This document shows positions 25,390-37,900 of a stretch of 64,000 nt of DNA, piece after piece; positions within the stretch are counted from its first letter, which is position 1; each line of letters begins with the position of its first letter. This DNA comes from Lama guanicoe (Eukaryota), in assembly GCA_013239625.1 (NCBI GenBank), contig MU054001.1:3884167-3948166 (forward strand). Reading direction: 5' to 3'. The notes under the pieces were generated by a model, which did not search any database, was not told the origin of the DNA, and saw nothing but the letters and a program-made list of their open reading frames with translations. The translations under genes and the position numbers were made by a program.

Positions 25390-25680
25390 ATACCAATGTG
25401 GTTGCTTCAGCAGATGCCATCAGAAAGCAAGACAGCTCACTTAACTTGGGGAGATATCTGGGAGATGATCCCAGAAGGTATGGCAGGGACTGGGAAGGTG
25501 AGGAAAGGAAGGGCAGGAAGCCAGAACAGGGTGTTGATGAACAGGTTACCACTGTGGGCAGGTGGGGTCCAGTCCCAACGGGAGTTCTCTGGGAAAAAAG
25601 CATGGAACACACCTCAGAGTGTCCCATCCCAGAGGCAGGGAGGCCAGGCTGCGATCCACCAGTCCATCCTCCATCAGCTG
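25390..25680. mobile_element. Old ERVL-type LTR (LTR16/LTR33-like)
   Basis: tgggagatgatcccagaag, gggcaggaagcc, caggttaccactgtgggca motifs; a similar element in the opposite orientation lies at about 42810-43190. Confidence 0.5.
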
Positions 25681-26714
25681 AGGGACTTTCCGCAGCATGC
25701 TAATATGGCTGGAGAAAGCCCTCACAGGGAGAGTCGTAGGTGTGTCCAGTGGGAAGCCAGTGGGATGTTCCAGAACAATGAGTACCAAGGGGAGTGGCAG
25801 GGCACTGACCCATCTGCTACAGCGCCATCTCCTGGAGCAAAAAATTATCCACCATATTCATGCCACGGTTCAAGATGCCTGCCTTGTACCTGGCTCTGTG
25901 CGGGCGCTGGGGAAACAGGAGTCAACAAGCCCCGTGTTTAGTTAGGGAAACAGACCTGTGGGATATAATGTAAGATCCCACGGAAAGGGCTATGGGGACA
26001 AGGTGGGAGGCTCTTACTCCAACGCCAGGGGGTGGTTGAAGGGATAAGCGGGCTGGGTCTTGGACATGGTGGAGAAGGGCTCCTGGGACACAAATCCCTT
26101 GAAATGAATTTTATAGTGATTTGTGCATTTGGGGTGAGAAATGATTCTAATCTTTCCCAAGATTCTCAGAATGGCCCACGGCTCAAGTGAGGTTTAAGAA
26201 ACACTTTGTTTTCCCAGAAGGGAAAGAGGAGGAGGCATTTAAGGCAGAAGGGGTGGCTGATGCAAGAAAAAGCCCAGAGTGTAGGAAATGAGATGAGATT
26301 TATGAGCTGAGCCTGGAGCCTCGCATCCTCTCAACTGCCTCCACCATCTGCTGGTGTGTGCTCAGCAGGCGACGACCACGGAGTCAAGGCTGTAGGGAGG
26401 GCAGAAACAAACCATCAACATCCCTGCTCTCCAGGAGCATGGGATTTCACAGGGGCCAAAAGTGGACGATGCATCCCAAACACGCTCTGTTTCACAACCA
26501 AGAAGCCACCTGGGGACAATGGGCTCTTCCAGGTCGTCAGCAACAGGATGCATTCAGCTGGGTTGGGTGCAGGGGCCTGGCTGATGCCCAACTGGGCCTA
26601 TAAATGGTGGGATGGGGGAGGGAGATATTCACAGCTGTTCCAGATCCTGTCCCCAAGCCCTTGCCCCCAAAGCGCACTGACCCATGCTAGTCCTTAAGGG
26701 TGCGGTCCTTCCAG

Positions 26715-26866
26715 ATGTCCACAGCAGCCCGAGCTCCAACTCCAACATGACCACGCGGGAGCTGCAGGAGTACTGGCGCAGCGAGAAGTGCTGCTGGAAG
26801 CACGTCAAACTGCTCTTTGAGATCGCGTCTGCCCGCATTGAGGAGAGGAGGGTCTCCAAGTTTGTG
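26715..26866 (+). CDS. SNX20: SNX20 second coding exon (start of the PX domain)
   Basis: Flanked by ttccag and gtaagc; (D)[50 protein letters not shown]; 152 nt, restoring phase 0. Confidence 0.97.
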
Positions 26867-28063
26867 GTAAGCGGAGACTAGGAAATCATGGTATGCCTTT
26901 CACCACCTCTATCCTGGCCCTGGGCAAGGCTGGTGGAGCCTCAGTCTGCCCATCGTGAAATGGGTTGACACACATGAACTCACAGGGTTATGGAGAAAAC
27001 GGGCCCCTTCACAGCACTGTGAGGGTTGGAGACGTAGGAGTCAAGGTCCCTGATCCTAAGAAGGATTCAGCCCCAGTTTAATCCATGTACCCAGTTTCTG
27101 TGTCCCTTCTTCACTGCGTTTGACATCCCTGTATCATTTTTATTATTCTTTACCTAATTTTTTTTCTTTAAAGTGGATCACTCTTTTAAGACACTGAATA
27201 GATGTATTTCAAAGGGAAATATCTTAAATGGAAAAACCAGAATCTCATGGCATCAGAAAAGGTCATTACAAAAGTAAACACAAGGAAAGCTCAGTGCTGT
27301 TATGAAATTCTGGCTGGTTATGGTGGCTGGTGGAAAGCTGTGCCTGGGGGCTGCTCTCTTTGTGAAAATGGAGTTTCAGCCCACGGTGGGGGAGAGGTTA
27401 ATGACTATGGAAGAGCCACACAGCCTTTCTCCCCCCACCCACCCCCCTTGATTGGGATGGAATGGTTACAATAGCTGACACTGTGTGCTGACTGCATGCC
27501 ATGGTTATTAACTCATTTAATCCTCACCCAGTGAGGCAGGCTCCATTCCTATCCTCGGTTTATGGATGGGAAAACTGAGGCTCAGAGGAGTTAAAGTCCC
27601 TACCTAAAACCACACAGAGAGATGGTGGTGGAATTATAACCCAGGCAGTCTGTGCCCCTAATCAGCATTCTCTTGAAAGAGAAGATAAAGGAATAATTTT
27701 CTCACTGTACTAACATCACTGCCAATAGATCACCTAACACCACCTCCCTGGAGTTCCACACTTGCAAAACACAGACCTTATTAATCCAAGCTTCCCAGTT
27801 CAGGAACCTATGGCCCAGTTTTGACCATGTAAGACTGAGAACTCTGCATCACTGTTTGTTATTCTTCGTTTGACTCTTGTCTTGATTCGCTTTTACAGCT
27901 CAGCCAATGCTGGCGGCAATTTAAAACAATTGCAGATAACGATCACCCATTTCCAGGGCCTGCTTTAAATGATGATCATCATTATTTTATTTCCTGGGCT
28001 CGCTCTGGCAGTTCAAACCCTCCGTCAGGATGTACTCAAAGGTGCTCTCTCTTTGCACCGCAG

Positions 28064-28732
28064 ATGTACCAGATCGTCGTCATCCAGACCGGGAGTTTCG
28101 ACAGCAACAAAGCCATCCTGGAACGGCGCTATTCAGACTTCGAGAGGCTCCAGAAAAAACTCCTAAAGACTTTCAGGGAAGAGATCGAAGATGTCGTCTT
28201 CCCCAAAAAGCTCCTGGTGGGGAACTTCAGCGAGGAGATGATCTCGGAGCGCAAGCTGGCCCTCAAAGAGTACCTGCGCCTGCTGTACGCCATCCGCTGC
28301 GTGCGCCGCTCGCGCGAGTTCATCGACTTCCTGACGCGGCCCGAGCTGAGGGAGGCCTTCGGCTGCCTGCGGGCGGGCCAGTACGCCAAGGCGCTGGACA
28401 TCCTGGTGCGCGTGGTGCCGCTGCAGGAGAAGCTGACGTCCCACTGCCCGCTGATGCTGGTGCCGTCCCTGTGCGCCATGCTGGTGTGCCACCGCGACAT
28501 GGAGCGCCCTGCCGAGGCCTTTGCCGCCGGGGAGAGGGCCCTGCAGTGCCTGCAGGCCCGGGAGAGCCACCGCTACTACGCCCCGCTGCTGGAGGCCATG
28601 GCCCGCCTGGCCTACGCGCTGGGCAAGGACTTTGTGTCCCTGCAGGAGAGGCTGGAGGAGAGCCAGCTTCGGAAGCCCGCCCTGCGGGGCTTCACCCTGA
28701 AGGAACTCACCGTCCAAGAATATCTGTACTGA
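28064..28732 (+). CDS. SNX20: SNX20 last coding exon (PX domain remainder plus PXB/TPR-like helical domain)
   Basis: Acceptor ctctctctttgcaccgcag; [26 protein letters not shown]...[15 protein letters not shown] motif RRYSDF; the three exons total 316 aa. Confidence 0.98.
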   Translation: MYQIVVIQTGSFDSNKAILERRYSDFERLQKKLLKTFREEIEDVVFPKKLLVGNFSEEMISERKLALKEYLRLLYAIRCVRRSREFIDFLTRPELREAFGCLRAGQYAKALDILVRVVPLQEKLTSHCPLMLVPSLCAMLVCHRDMERPAEAFAAGERALQCLQARESHRYYAPLLEAMARLAYALGKDFVSLQERLEESQLRKPALRGFTLKELTVQEYLY

Positions 28733-30526
28733 GTCCCCGGAAGGAAGCTGGACAGTTGGGATGACCATTGCTCTTGGGCTGTTTGGGACTCGTGCGAAGC
28801 AGGACATGCCACTCTGGGCTCTAGCTTGCTGGGTGACTTTGAATAAGCCCCTCCTCTCATCCTGTGTCACCATCTGTGTTGAACAGAGGTGCTCCCGGGT
28901 GTCCTTGGAAGCCTCTGCTTGTGTCCTCTGTCCCCTTGACACCAGACCCACTTCATCTCAAACCCAGCTGCCGAAGCACTGGAGAAGAAGATGCACTTTA
29001 CTCACTTTAGCTGGAGAGGTTTACACTGCACATCACAAGTAAAGCCTAATCTGCTTCCTCACAGATGTCTCTCTCGCCTTTCGGAGTCTTTTCTCTCTGC
29101 TTCTCCCCCTCGACCTTGCTTGCAAATATTCCCACCCACTATCCTAAGTACACAGCTCTCCCCTCTTTCCGGTAGATCCAACGCAGCAAAACAAAAGGTT
29201 ACCTACTGCTCCTCAAGGCCAGCTCTGTCCCCAGGATGGGCTGTATGTCATCCTTTGAAGGGTGGGAGGATCCTGGGCTGGAACGCAGTCCTGCCTTAAG
29301 AGTTTGTGACGCAAGGTATCTTGAGCAAGGGGAGTTGCCTGAGGTTTTCCAGTTAGGATGATGTAACTCATTCCCTAGGGTGGGTTTTCATTTGTCAGGC
29401 AACTGTCCCTTGAATGGCCTCGCTGGATTATGTAGACATAACCTGAAGGGAGATGGAAGAAGATACTCAGTGGGGCCTCTGGGTAGAAGAGATTGAATCA
29501 ACTCCCCTGTCATCTGAGGGACAATGGGTTGGGAGGCCCTGGACTGAAGTCTGCTGTCAGGCCCCCAAGCGAAGTGGATTCTGGACCAATGCCCTGGGCT
29601 CAAGCAGAGCCAGGAGCGGATGGTACAGGCTGGTTTGGGTCCCAGGCTCCTTCCTGAAGGTTCCAAACAGACTGACACCTTCAAACAAAGAAAGCTTTCA
29701 ATTATCTCAGTTTACTCCAGGAGAAGGACACTTCAAGTGGGAGAGACTGGGTTTCTTGAAATTCTGGGCATGTGGAAAATTAAAGTGTTAAATGGGAGAA
29801 CAAAAAGAGCTGCAACTCTTTTATAACATAATGGTAAAGAAGATTGTGCTGATTTTACAAGTTCTTTCATCACATATGGAATGCTCTCAGCCCTTGGATG
29901 CACCAAATATTCACTAAGAAAGAAAAAAAAAAGCCCAATATGGGGAGTTTAGTAGGAGTTTCCAACAAAAAGCTGGGAGAGCAAAAGTTAGCCCCCAATG
30001 AACACAAGGGTCAATGTGGAATAAACCTGTTTTGTAGAAAAGGCCATGAAGGAGGGAGGGCATGAATCAGACTTGGGGCTGGGTGGAGGGTGGGGAATCT
30101 TCTCCCAGAATTTGACTGCAAACTCTACTCCCCCAAGTTTAAGGTCTAAATACACACGATGTGGTCCAAAATACCTCAAGCAGAGATGTGATGGTAAAGA
30201 GGTTCAGGCACCTTGCACCACAAATGCAAATTCTCTCTGAAGAAAGTCAGCATCGATCCAGGCCAAAAGAGAGGAAGATGCCCTTGACTTCAGAGGTGCG
30301 ACAATGTGTGGGGTGGGGGATCGTGCATCTCAAAATCACACATTTATGGTGTGTGTGTTTGTGTGGTGCAGAGAAGGAGGGGAAAAACCCTCTGCAAGGT
30401 AGAAGGGTCCGAAGAAACCATATGGGGGAGCTCCCCATCAGTATCCTTATTTGAAAAAGAAACTTACTATTATGACCCCCAATGGAAAATCAGAACCACT
30501 TGCTATAATTAGAAGGTAGCTATAAA

Positions 30527-30532
30527 AATAAA
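30527..30532 (+). terminator. Candidate SNX20 polyadenylation signal (another AATAAA at 30020-30025)
   Basis: AATAAA hexamers 1.3 and 1.8 kb past the stop codon; usage cannot be determined from sequence. Confidence 0.35.
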
Positions 30533-32160
30533 CACAGAAACCTAGTGCTGCTGTGACACCTCAGTGGCATTTGTCTGAGACTGGCCTTGAGTCTGAGGCC
30601 ACTGGACATCCTCTGTTACAAGAGACAGAGACCAGCCTCAGAGATCTGTTATCACCAAGTTGAGACTGCTCTTTAATTTCCCCAGAAAGAATGGAAAATA
30701 CTGCAAAGGGAAATGAGCTCCTGACTGCAGACCCTGGATCATCCAATGTTATCTGGCTGCCGTCTCAGACCGGCTGGGGTCTTGCTCCTTTTCCCCCAGC
30801 CCAGGGCCCTGTTCCGTATCAGCCCTGATTGCTCTCCAGTTCTCTGCTGGGTTTGATTTCATCTTTGATGGACCTCCTTGGCTTTCCACACCCCAAATGG
30901 GAGGTGGTACCCAGGCTCCGGCTCTGGGCTTCACACCTCAATATCAGGTAAGACCCCCAAATGGAGGGAGATTCTGGTTTGGTCAAAGCCAGAACGTGTT
31001 GCAAGTCCTCTACTTGGAGTCACTGTGCCCCTTGGAAGAGGCCCTACATGAGCCCCACCTGCCCGGTCGGCAGCAAAGGGCCCCTCACCAGCCTTACCAT
31101 CTGTCTATGCGTGTTCGCATCTCTCAGTAAACAATGACTCATGATGTTCCTACTCTGTTAGACCCTGTGAAGAGCATGAACAGGACAGATCAGGTCCCCG
31201 CCCTCATCAAGGGGACCCCTCAAAGAGCAAGCTGAAGCTGGGACAGAATGGTCACCCTCGGCCAGATGGTCAGGGAAGGCTTCTGGGTGGAGGAGGTATT
31301 TAAGGGAGCCGTAGGGAGGCGGTCACGGCAGCGTGGGGAGGGGAGACTCTGCAGCAGAGGGAAAGCGGAAGCACAGCCCTGAGGAAACTTCTCTGTCCCT
31401 GGGGGAGGCCTCAGCCCAGGCCTGGGCCCAGAAAGAGAGCAGGCAGGCCCAGGATGCTCTTCCCCCGCTGGGATACCTGGCTGGGCCCACGGGGAGGAGG
31501 GGCTCCACGTGCTGCTGACAGTCTCCTGAAACTGGCTCACTGCAACGTGAACTAGCAGCACACAGACCCTTTGGGTTGCAAGCGACAGAAAGCCAGGCTA
31601 ATCTGATGAGGAGGAATTGATCCTCTGAAAAGTCCAGGAATAGATTAGCATTAAGCTAAATTGCAGCCCCAATCCCCGATATCCACATCTGGTGTCTTTC
31701 TCACTTTCTCTTTCTCTCTTAGGTTTGGTGTCCTGGAATTCACCTTCTCTCTCAACAAGTTCTCCTCCTGGTGACAAGGTGGCTACAGCAGCACCAGGCA
31801 TCTATGCTCCCTTCTGGGCACCCCCAGATGAACCCCTGGCAGGCTCTTGTGAAGACCTGGTCTACAGGAAACACCCTCCCACATGCCTTTTCCTGAGGAG
31901 CAGGACCGCAGGACAGACCGCAATCAACTCACCCTGCCTTCAACGGAAATCGGTCTTCACATACTGATTTGTAACCTACTTCTTAATTTTTAAAATAGAC
32001 TTCCTTTCTTTAGTGCGGTTGTACATTCATAGCAAGATTGGATGGGAGGTACTGATATTTCTTCTATTTCTCATACAGCCCCTGCCCCCACACATGATAA
32101 CCTTCCCACCAGAGTGGGGCCTTTGTTACAACGGATGAGACTCCACTGAAACATCATTGT

Positions 32161-32294
32161 CTGTATTGTTTGTTTTCTGATGGGGATGTAATTAGGTTTC
32201 TTCATTGATTTTCGCTTGGAGGAGGTACCAGGGATTGAACCCGGGACCTCTTGCGTGCTGGGAATGCGCTCTACCACTTGAGCTATACCCTTCT
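32161..32294 (-). mobile_element. tRNA-derived SINE (Vic-1-like) nested in an old L1 3' end
   Basis: Degenerate TSD ctccactgaaacatcattgt / ctccactgataacttcattgt. Confidence 0.85.
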
Positions 32295-33254
32295 CTCCAC
32301 TGATAACTTCATTGTTGCCCAGAGTCCACAGTTTACATTAGGGTTCACCCTTGGTGTTGTGCATCCTGAGTTTGGACAAATGTACCCACCATTATACTAC
32401 ACTGAATGTGATGAATTAGTCTGATTAGAGAATGACTCAACTTTGTCTATAATCATGAGCATCTTCCTAGAATATATAATATTCTTCCATGCTTATTTTT
32501 TAGAGGGGTACTTTTTTTTAATCTATCCTACAAAATATTCCATGTGTACTTGAGAAGAATATATATTCTGGTGCTATTGGACAGAATGTCCTGTATATGT
32601 CTGTCAGGCCTATTCGGTGTATAGTTTTTTTTTTTCCAAATTCATTCTTTCTCTATCTGAATAATTTATCCATTTTTTTGTTTTATTTATTTATTTTTTA
32701 ATTGAAGTACAGTTGATTTACAAAGTTGTATTAGTTTCCGGTGTACAGCACTTCCACGCTGTTTTTAATCATATTGTATTTTGGCATATGTGCCACTGCT
32801 ATTTTAACTGTCCTGTTTGTTCCAAATTTTCCTCGCTACAGGCAGCGCTGTAGCAAATGCCTTGATCCTTTCGTATTTGTGCTTTCTAAGGCAGTTTCTA
32901 GCAGTGGTTTTTCTGAATCGTAAATACGTTTAATGATTTTGATGTTAATTTCTCTCTCTCCAGAGAGAGTCTATACTAACCCACTCCTCCCTGAGCCTTC
33001 CAAAACACTGGATGTTGACATTTTTAAACTGTTTTCAATGTGATAGTGATAAGTGGTATCCATGGTTTAATGTACATCTCCTTGTTTCTGGTGCGTATGG
33101 ACATTTTTCATGGGCTTACTGGTCATTTTTATTGTGTCCAAGGTTGTGAAAATGTTGTGTTTTTTGATTTTTGGTTTTCTTCTTTCCCTTTCCATGTGTC
33201 ACTTCTGGATGGAGGTGGGACCGAGGGAGCATCTAATACTGCAGTTTAAAAAAC

Positions 33255-33272
33255 GGCCAGCAGATGGCGCTG
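33255..33272 (+). promoter_or_regulatory. CTCF motif
   Basis: GGCCAGCAGATGGCGCTG is a near-perfect CTCF core at the edge of a CpG-enriched patch (33240-33800). Confidence 0.7.
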
Positions 33273-33835
33273 CCCCATTGGAGGCTCCGAAAGCTTCCCG
33301 GGCTGTGCTGGAGAAGAGGCATTAAACAGGAGGGAAATTGAGCGTTTCTCTCAAAACAAAAAGCCCCGACTTTGAAAAATCGTTCGAAGGGGTTTGAAAT
33401 TATGCTTAAAAGAAAGAGATTTGCTGGGAAAGCATTGATCCTTCTCTGCTTCTTAACCGCCACTCCCCACCGCCCTTGTTTGGAGTTCCCCCATGACCCT
33501 CACTTGGGATTCGGAATCTCACTTCTCAGTTTCTGCTCCCTCATCCTCTTCCCGCAGCGCACAGACCCAAAGGGGCGGAAGGAGGCCCCCTCGCCGCCCC
33601 CGCTCCACCTCCTCAGGCTGATCAGCAGAAGGCAGTGAAACCAAAACTCCTAAAAAAAAAAATAAGGCGCATGAAATAAGCAGCGCACAGAGCCTCCAGG
33701 TTTCAGCCGGACTTTCAGCTGGCTGGCGCCTGAGGGAGGGGGCGCGATTCCAGTCCTGGTCGCTTGGGTGGAGCACCGGTTGCCCCTGGGCCAGCCCCTC
33801 CACTTACTGAGCCTCAGTTTCTCTGCTGGTAAGTT

Positions 33836-34225
33836 GTGTTAGTCTCCCATTACCACAAACCGGGTAGTTAAAGCAAACTTACTACCTCACAGTTCTGGAG
33901 GCCGGAAGTCTGAAATCTAGGTGTCAGCAGAGACGTGCTCCCTCTGAGGGTGTGACAAGGAACCTGCTCCCTGACTCTCTCAAGGCTTCTTGTGGCTTCT
34001 GGCATCCTTGGCATTTCTTGGTTGTGACTGCATCCCTCTAATCTCAGCCTCCGCCTTCACCGGACCTTCCTCTGTATGTAACTATGTCCACATTTCCCTC
34101 TTCTTCTAAGGACGCCAGTAATTGGATGAGGGCTCATCCGGATCCAGTATGACCTCATCTAAATTTGATCACATCTGCAAAGAACCTATTTCCAAATAAG
34201 GTCACATTCGCAGGTACCAGGCATG
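33836..34225 (-). mobile_element. MLT1 (MaLR) solo LTR
   Basis: ctcacagttctggaggccggaagtctgaaatc...gacctcatct...cacatctgcaaagaacctatttccaaataaggtcacattc. Confidence 0.8.
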
Positions 34226-34556
34226 AGGAGATCCAGCTCCTCCCCTCCTCTACACAACTGGCCTGTCTGGCCCCAGACCACTTCCCCTGCCTCATTTCTG
34301 CCCTCTCCCCTCCGCCACATCCCCTTGAACCTCAGAACCTCAAATGGTCCATCTGCTTGGCATACTCTTCCCACGGCTCTGCGGGAGGAACTCCCTGGTG
34401 ACCCGCTGCTCTTCTGCCTCCTCCCACTTATCTCTTTAATAGCTCATATCCCAGGAGAAATCGTCTTGGGGTCTGCTCACTGTCCCTCTCTGCCTCCGAG
34501 TGTGGGTCCCTGTGGGGCACAGCTCACCTGCCCTTGGTACCCAGAAGAATGTCTGG

Positions 34557-34965
34557 CAGGGCTGGCGTCACTGGTGTGAGACCTCTGCAGCCGCACGGAG
34601 CCCCATATCTACAAGGGCCCTGCACTTGGCTTAATGCTCTGCTGTCACTGTCCTGAAATTTTTTTTATTTTATTTTGTACTGAAACATAGTTGATTTCAA
34701 TGTTAGTTTTAGGTGTCCAACAAAACGATTCAGTTATACATATATACATATATTATCAGATTATTTTCCATTGTAGCTTATTACAAGAAATTAAATATAG
34801 TTCCCAGTGTTAGAGTAGGTCCTTGTTGTTTATCTATTTTATATATAGTAATGTGTATATCTGTTAATCCCAAATTTCTAATTTATCCCTCCCCCACTTC
34901 CCCTTTCTGAAATTTTTAATACTTTTTGAAAAGGGATCCCACGATTTCATTTTGTGCCTGGCCTG
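34557..34965 (+). mobile_element. MER91-like hAT element split by an antisense L1 3' end (34664-34906)
   Basis: cagggctggc...aagggccctgcacttggcttaatgctctgctgtc resumes after the L1; TSD CTGAAATTTTT at 34653-34663 and 34907-34917. Confidence 0.7.
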
Positions 34966-37900
34966 TTCTGGTGCCTGGCAGATAGAAGTCACTCAATAAC
35001 TAATTATTGAATGATGCCACAGCATCCACTGGGGGAGGCATACCCCTGTGCCCTGCGCTCCCCGCTTAATATCCTACTGAGAGTCTGGGCCAGGACTCCA
35101 CCCAAGCTTATGCAGAGAATCAGAAAGGGGGAGATTGCGGAGGTGGGGGAGCGGGACAGGTTGGGCAGGGAGGCAGGGGAGGCAGGCTGCAGGAATCTCC
35201 CTGCTCCCCCCCTACACCCCAACTCAGGGACCCAATATGATGAACTCACTTTGCGGGGCACACCTGGATGGCCAGGGGCACACCTGGACACCAGCAGTGG
35301 GAGTGGCCTCTGGCTCATGGGGTCCAGTCTCTCCCAGAGCAGAAGTGCAGCCCACCCAGTGATCTCATCCTTTAAACCGCCTGAACCCCAGAGTCCGACG
35401 ACATAAATCCCCTTTCTCACCTTCAAATTACAGCCTGGAGAAAGCCTCCCCTCCCCCTCCCCTACTCTTGCCAGCCTTTGCCTTTAACAAAGAGGGGGCT
35501 CTCTTCTCTTATCACGTCCTGTGGGCAAGAGTGTCTAGCTCGAATTTAATGATGTGTTGCTTTTCCCTGTATTTATTTTTATGGTTATTTCTCTTCCTCT
35601 GGATCTGATACTGTTTCATTCTTTTCCCGTTTGTGTTGGTGATATAAATTGTGCCTATTAAATTAAATGCATTTAAGTTAGGAATAGGGGAATCTTTGTG
35701 CATAACGGCCAGGTAGATATGGGGGAAATTGCAGGAGATCCTGAGAAAAAGAAGAAGGAATTCTGAATACTGGTCCAGACCCTGAAAGAACGGCCCAGAG
35801 TTGGGGGGGGGGCGTGCCTGGAGCCCCACGCAGGGCCGGTGGTGAGGCCAGGTCTCTGGGTTCCCTGCCCAGCGCTCTCCTCCAGCTGGCCATTCAGCCT
35901 TAACGGACTGTGATTCATGATGAATCAAAGGTTGGGTTGCGCTTTCCTCCCAGAAACTCCCTTCCACCAAGTTCCCTGGGGACCCCCTCCCCAACCTCAG
36001 GACTCCTGGTCCGTTTAATAACCCAAGCTGCAGGCGAATCCTCCTTAACAATCCTCCGACAAGCCAAGTTGGAGCCTGGAAATCATGTTTCTGCTTTGAA
36101 AACTGCCACCGACTGCCTTTCCCACCTACTGCTCAGCAAATCTTCACAGGCCGCATTTTAAATACTGTTTCTCCTTTTGCCATGATCAAAGCACTTGCTT
36201 GTTCCCCTGATAGGTGACAAAAGATGTCAGAGAGACTAATGAGAGAACGTGGTGGCCGCCCCCTTCCTTTCTCCTGAGGGAAGAAGCATTGCAGGGCGTC
36301 TTGGGCTGGGTGGCCTTTAGGATTCCGGGGGTGAGTGCAGAGAAAAACGTACAGGCTACAGGCAGGGATGGAGGAGAGGACCTCAGGCAGGCTGATAATT
36401 GGCACCAGTGGTTGACATCAGTTGGGTGGGCCTCCCAGCATGCATTTCCCCTTCTCCTGGGCAATGCGTCCCAAATTTTCCTTTAGAATAACCACCCTTC
36501 CTCCACTACTTTTTCAAGAGGTGTTGGCTCTGCCTCAGCTTTCGGCTGTGTGTGTGATTCAGACCTGGCTGAGTGGAACCTTGTATTCTCCTGGCCCTGG
36601 CAGTTGGTCTTGTGGTGAGCATGGGAGCCAATCAGAGCCACAGAGAAGCAATCTTGGGGCTCCAATTCAATTGACTACTAGGAGAGAGGACAGCAATTCG
36701 GGCTGCCCTTGATGGGGGAGGGATGCAAGCCTGGAGTTGCCAGGGAGTTTGGCCAAGAGGGACTAAGGAAATGGAGCCCCAGGATGGGGGGAGAAGTGAA
36801 CACTGACCCCTGATGATCTTAAGCTCCTAGATTAAACCGCACCTGAATACGAAAGCAATAAACTCCCTTTTCTGCTTTACCTGTTGAGGTTTTTCTTTAC
36901 ATTGTGACAAAAGATGGTTATTTCATGATCATCTCTTATCAACTGAACATGCGTCTTCAAGCTCCTCCCTCCCTATGCCCAAGGATACAAATACCATTTC
37001 CTCCATGCCCCACGCAATTTCAGCCCCTTTCAGGCTCATCATACACTAACACTGAAGACTTTCTGCTAGAGGGTGCAGTCCAAATATGGAAACTGAGGCT
37101 TGCTCAAGTAGGATACCACATGGAGCATTCCTGAGATGGGTCACACCTCTGAGGTTGTCTCTGCCTGGGTGTCTTCCCACCCAAGGGACAGCCCAGAGGA
37201 ATGGATCAAACGTCCTCCCAGCCCAGTGACTCCTGCAACCTGTATCACACTTCTTGAACATGAAAGTCCCATTTTACAGGTTCAGGGACTGAGGCAGCAG
37301 GGACCAGGAACATCTGACACTCCAACTCTCATTTCTTTATCTCGACACACATTCGGCACTTAACCCTCCACCTTGCAGCTAGGAGAGATGGAGAATAAGC
37401 GCTAGATAAGAGTAAGTGAGGGCAAATAATGACATTGATTGTGCACCTAGATTCAGCCATGCCTGAAGGCCTTAGATCAATTTCTTGAATCTTTCAAGAG
37501 CCAATCTATCCTTTTTTAGGCTAAGCCAGGTTAAGGATTCTGTCACTTGCAACCAAAAGAGTCCTGGTTATATAGCTGCCTTCAAATCTCTGAGGAGCTG
37601 TGCTTCATAGGACAAAGGGACAGCCATATCCAGTCAGCCCTAGAGGCCAGGAAGAAGACTTGTCACAGGAAACTTGCATTTCATGCATCTCCCCAGTTAT
37701 CTAGTTGGGAAGGAGCCCCTGGAATCAGTGGGAGGGAAGGCTGTCAGTCTGGGGACATGATGGAGACTAGGATGCATAGGAGATCACAAATGCCAGGCCA
37801 CTTGCACTCTGTCCATTGGCCAGAACCAGCCTGTGGCCCCGGGCAGCTGCAAGGGGGCTGGGAGACACCGGAAGACCTGTCAGACACCCTCAGCTGCGGT

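Noticed and set aside
28030..28951. 244-aa alternative-frame ORF and 262-aa antisense ORF over the SNX20 last exon
   Set aside because: Expected from high GC codon bias and scarce stops; low-complexity translations.
35520..35690. AT-rich block that first looked like a conserved enhancer
   Set aside because: Resembles an old hAT-Charlie (MER113-like) fragment; related copies appear at about 17120-17290 and, inverted, 27090-27400.
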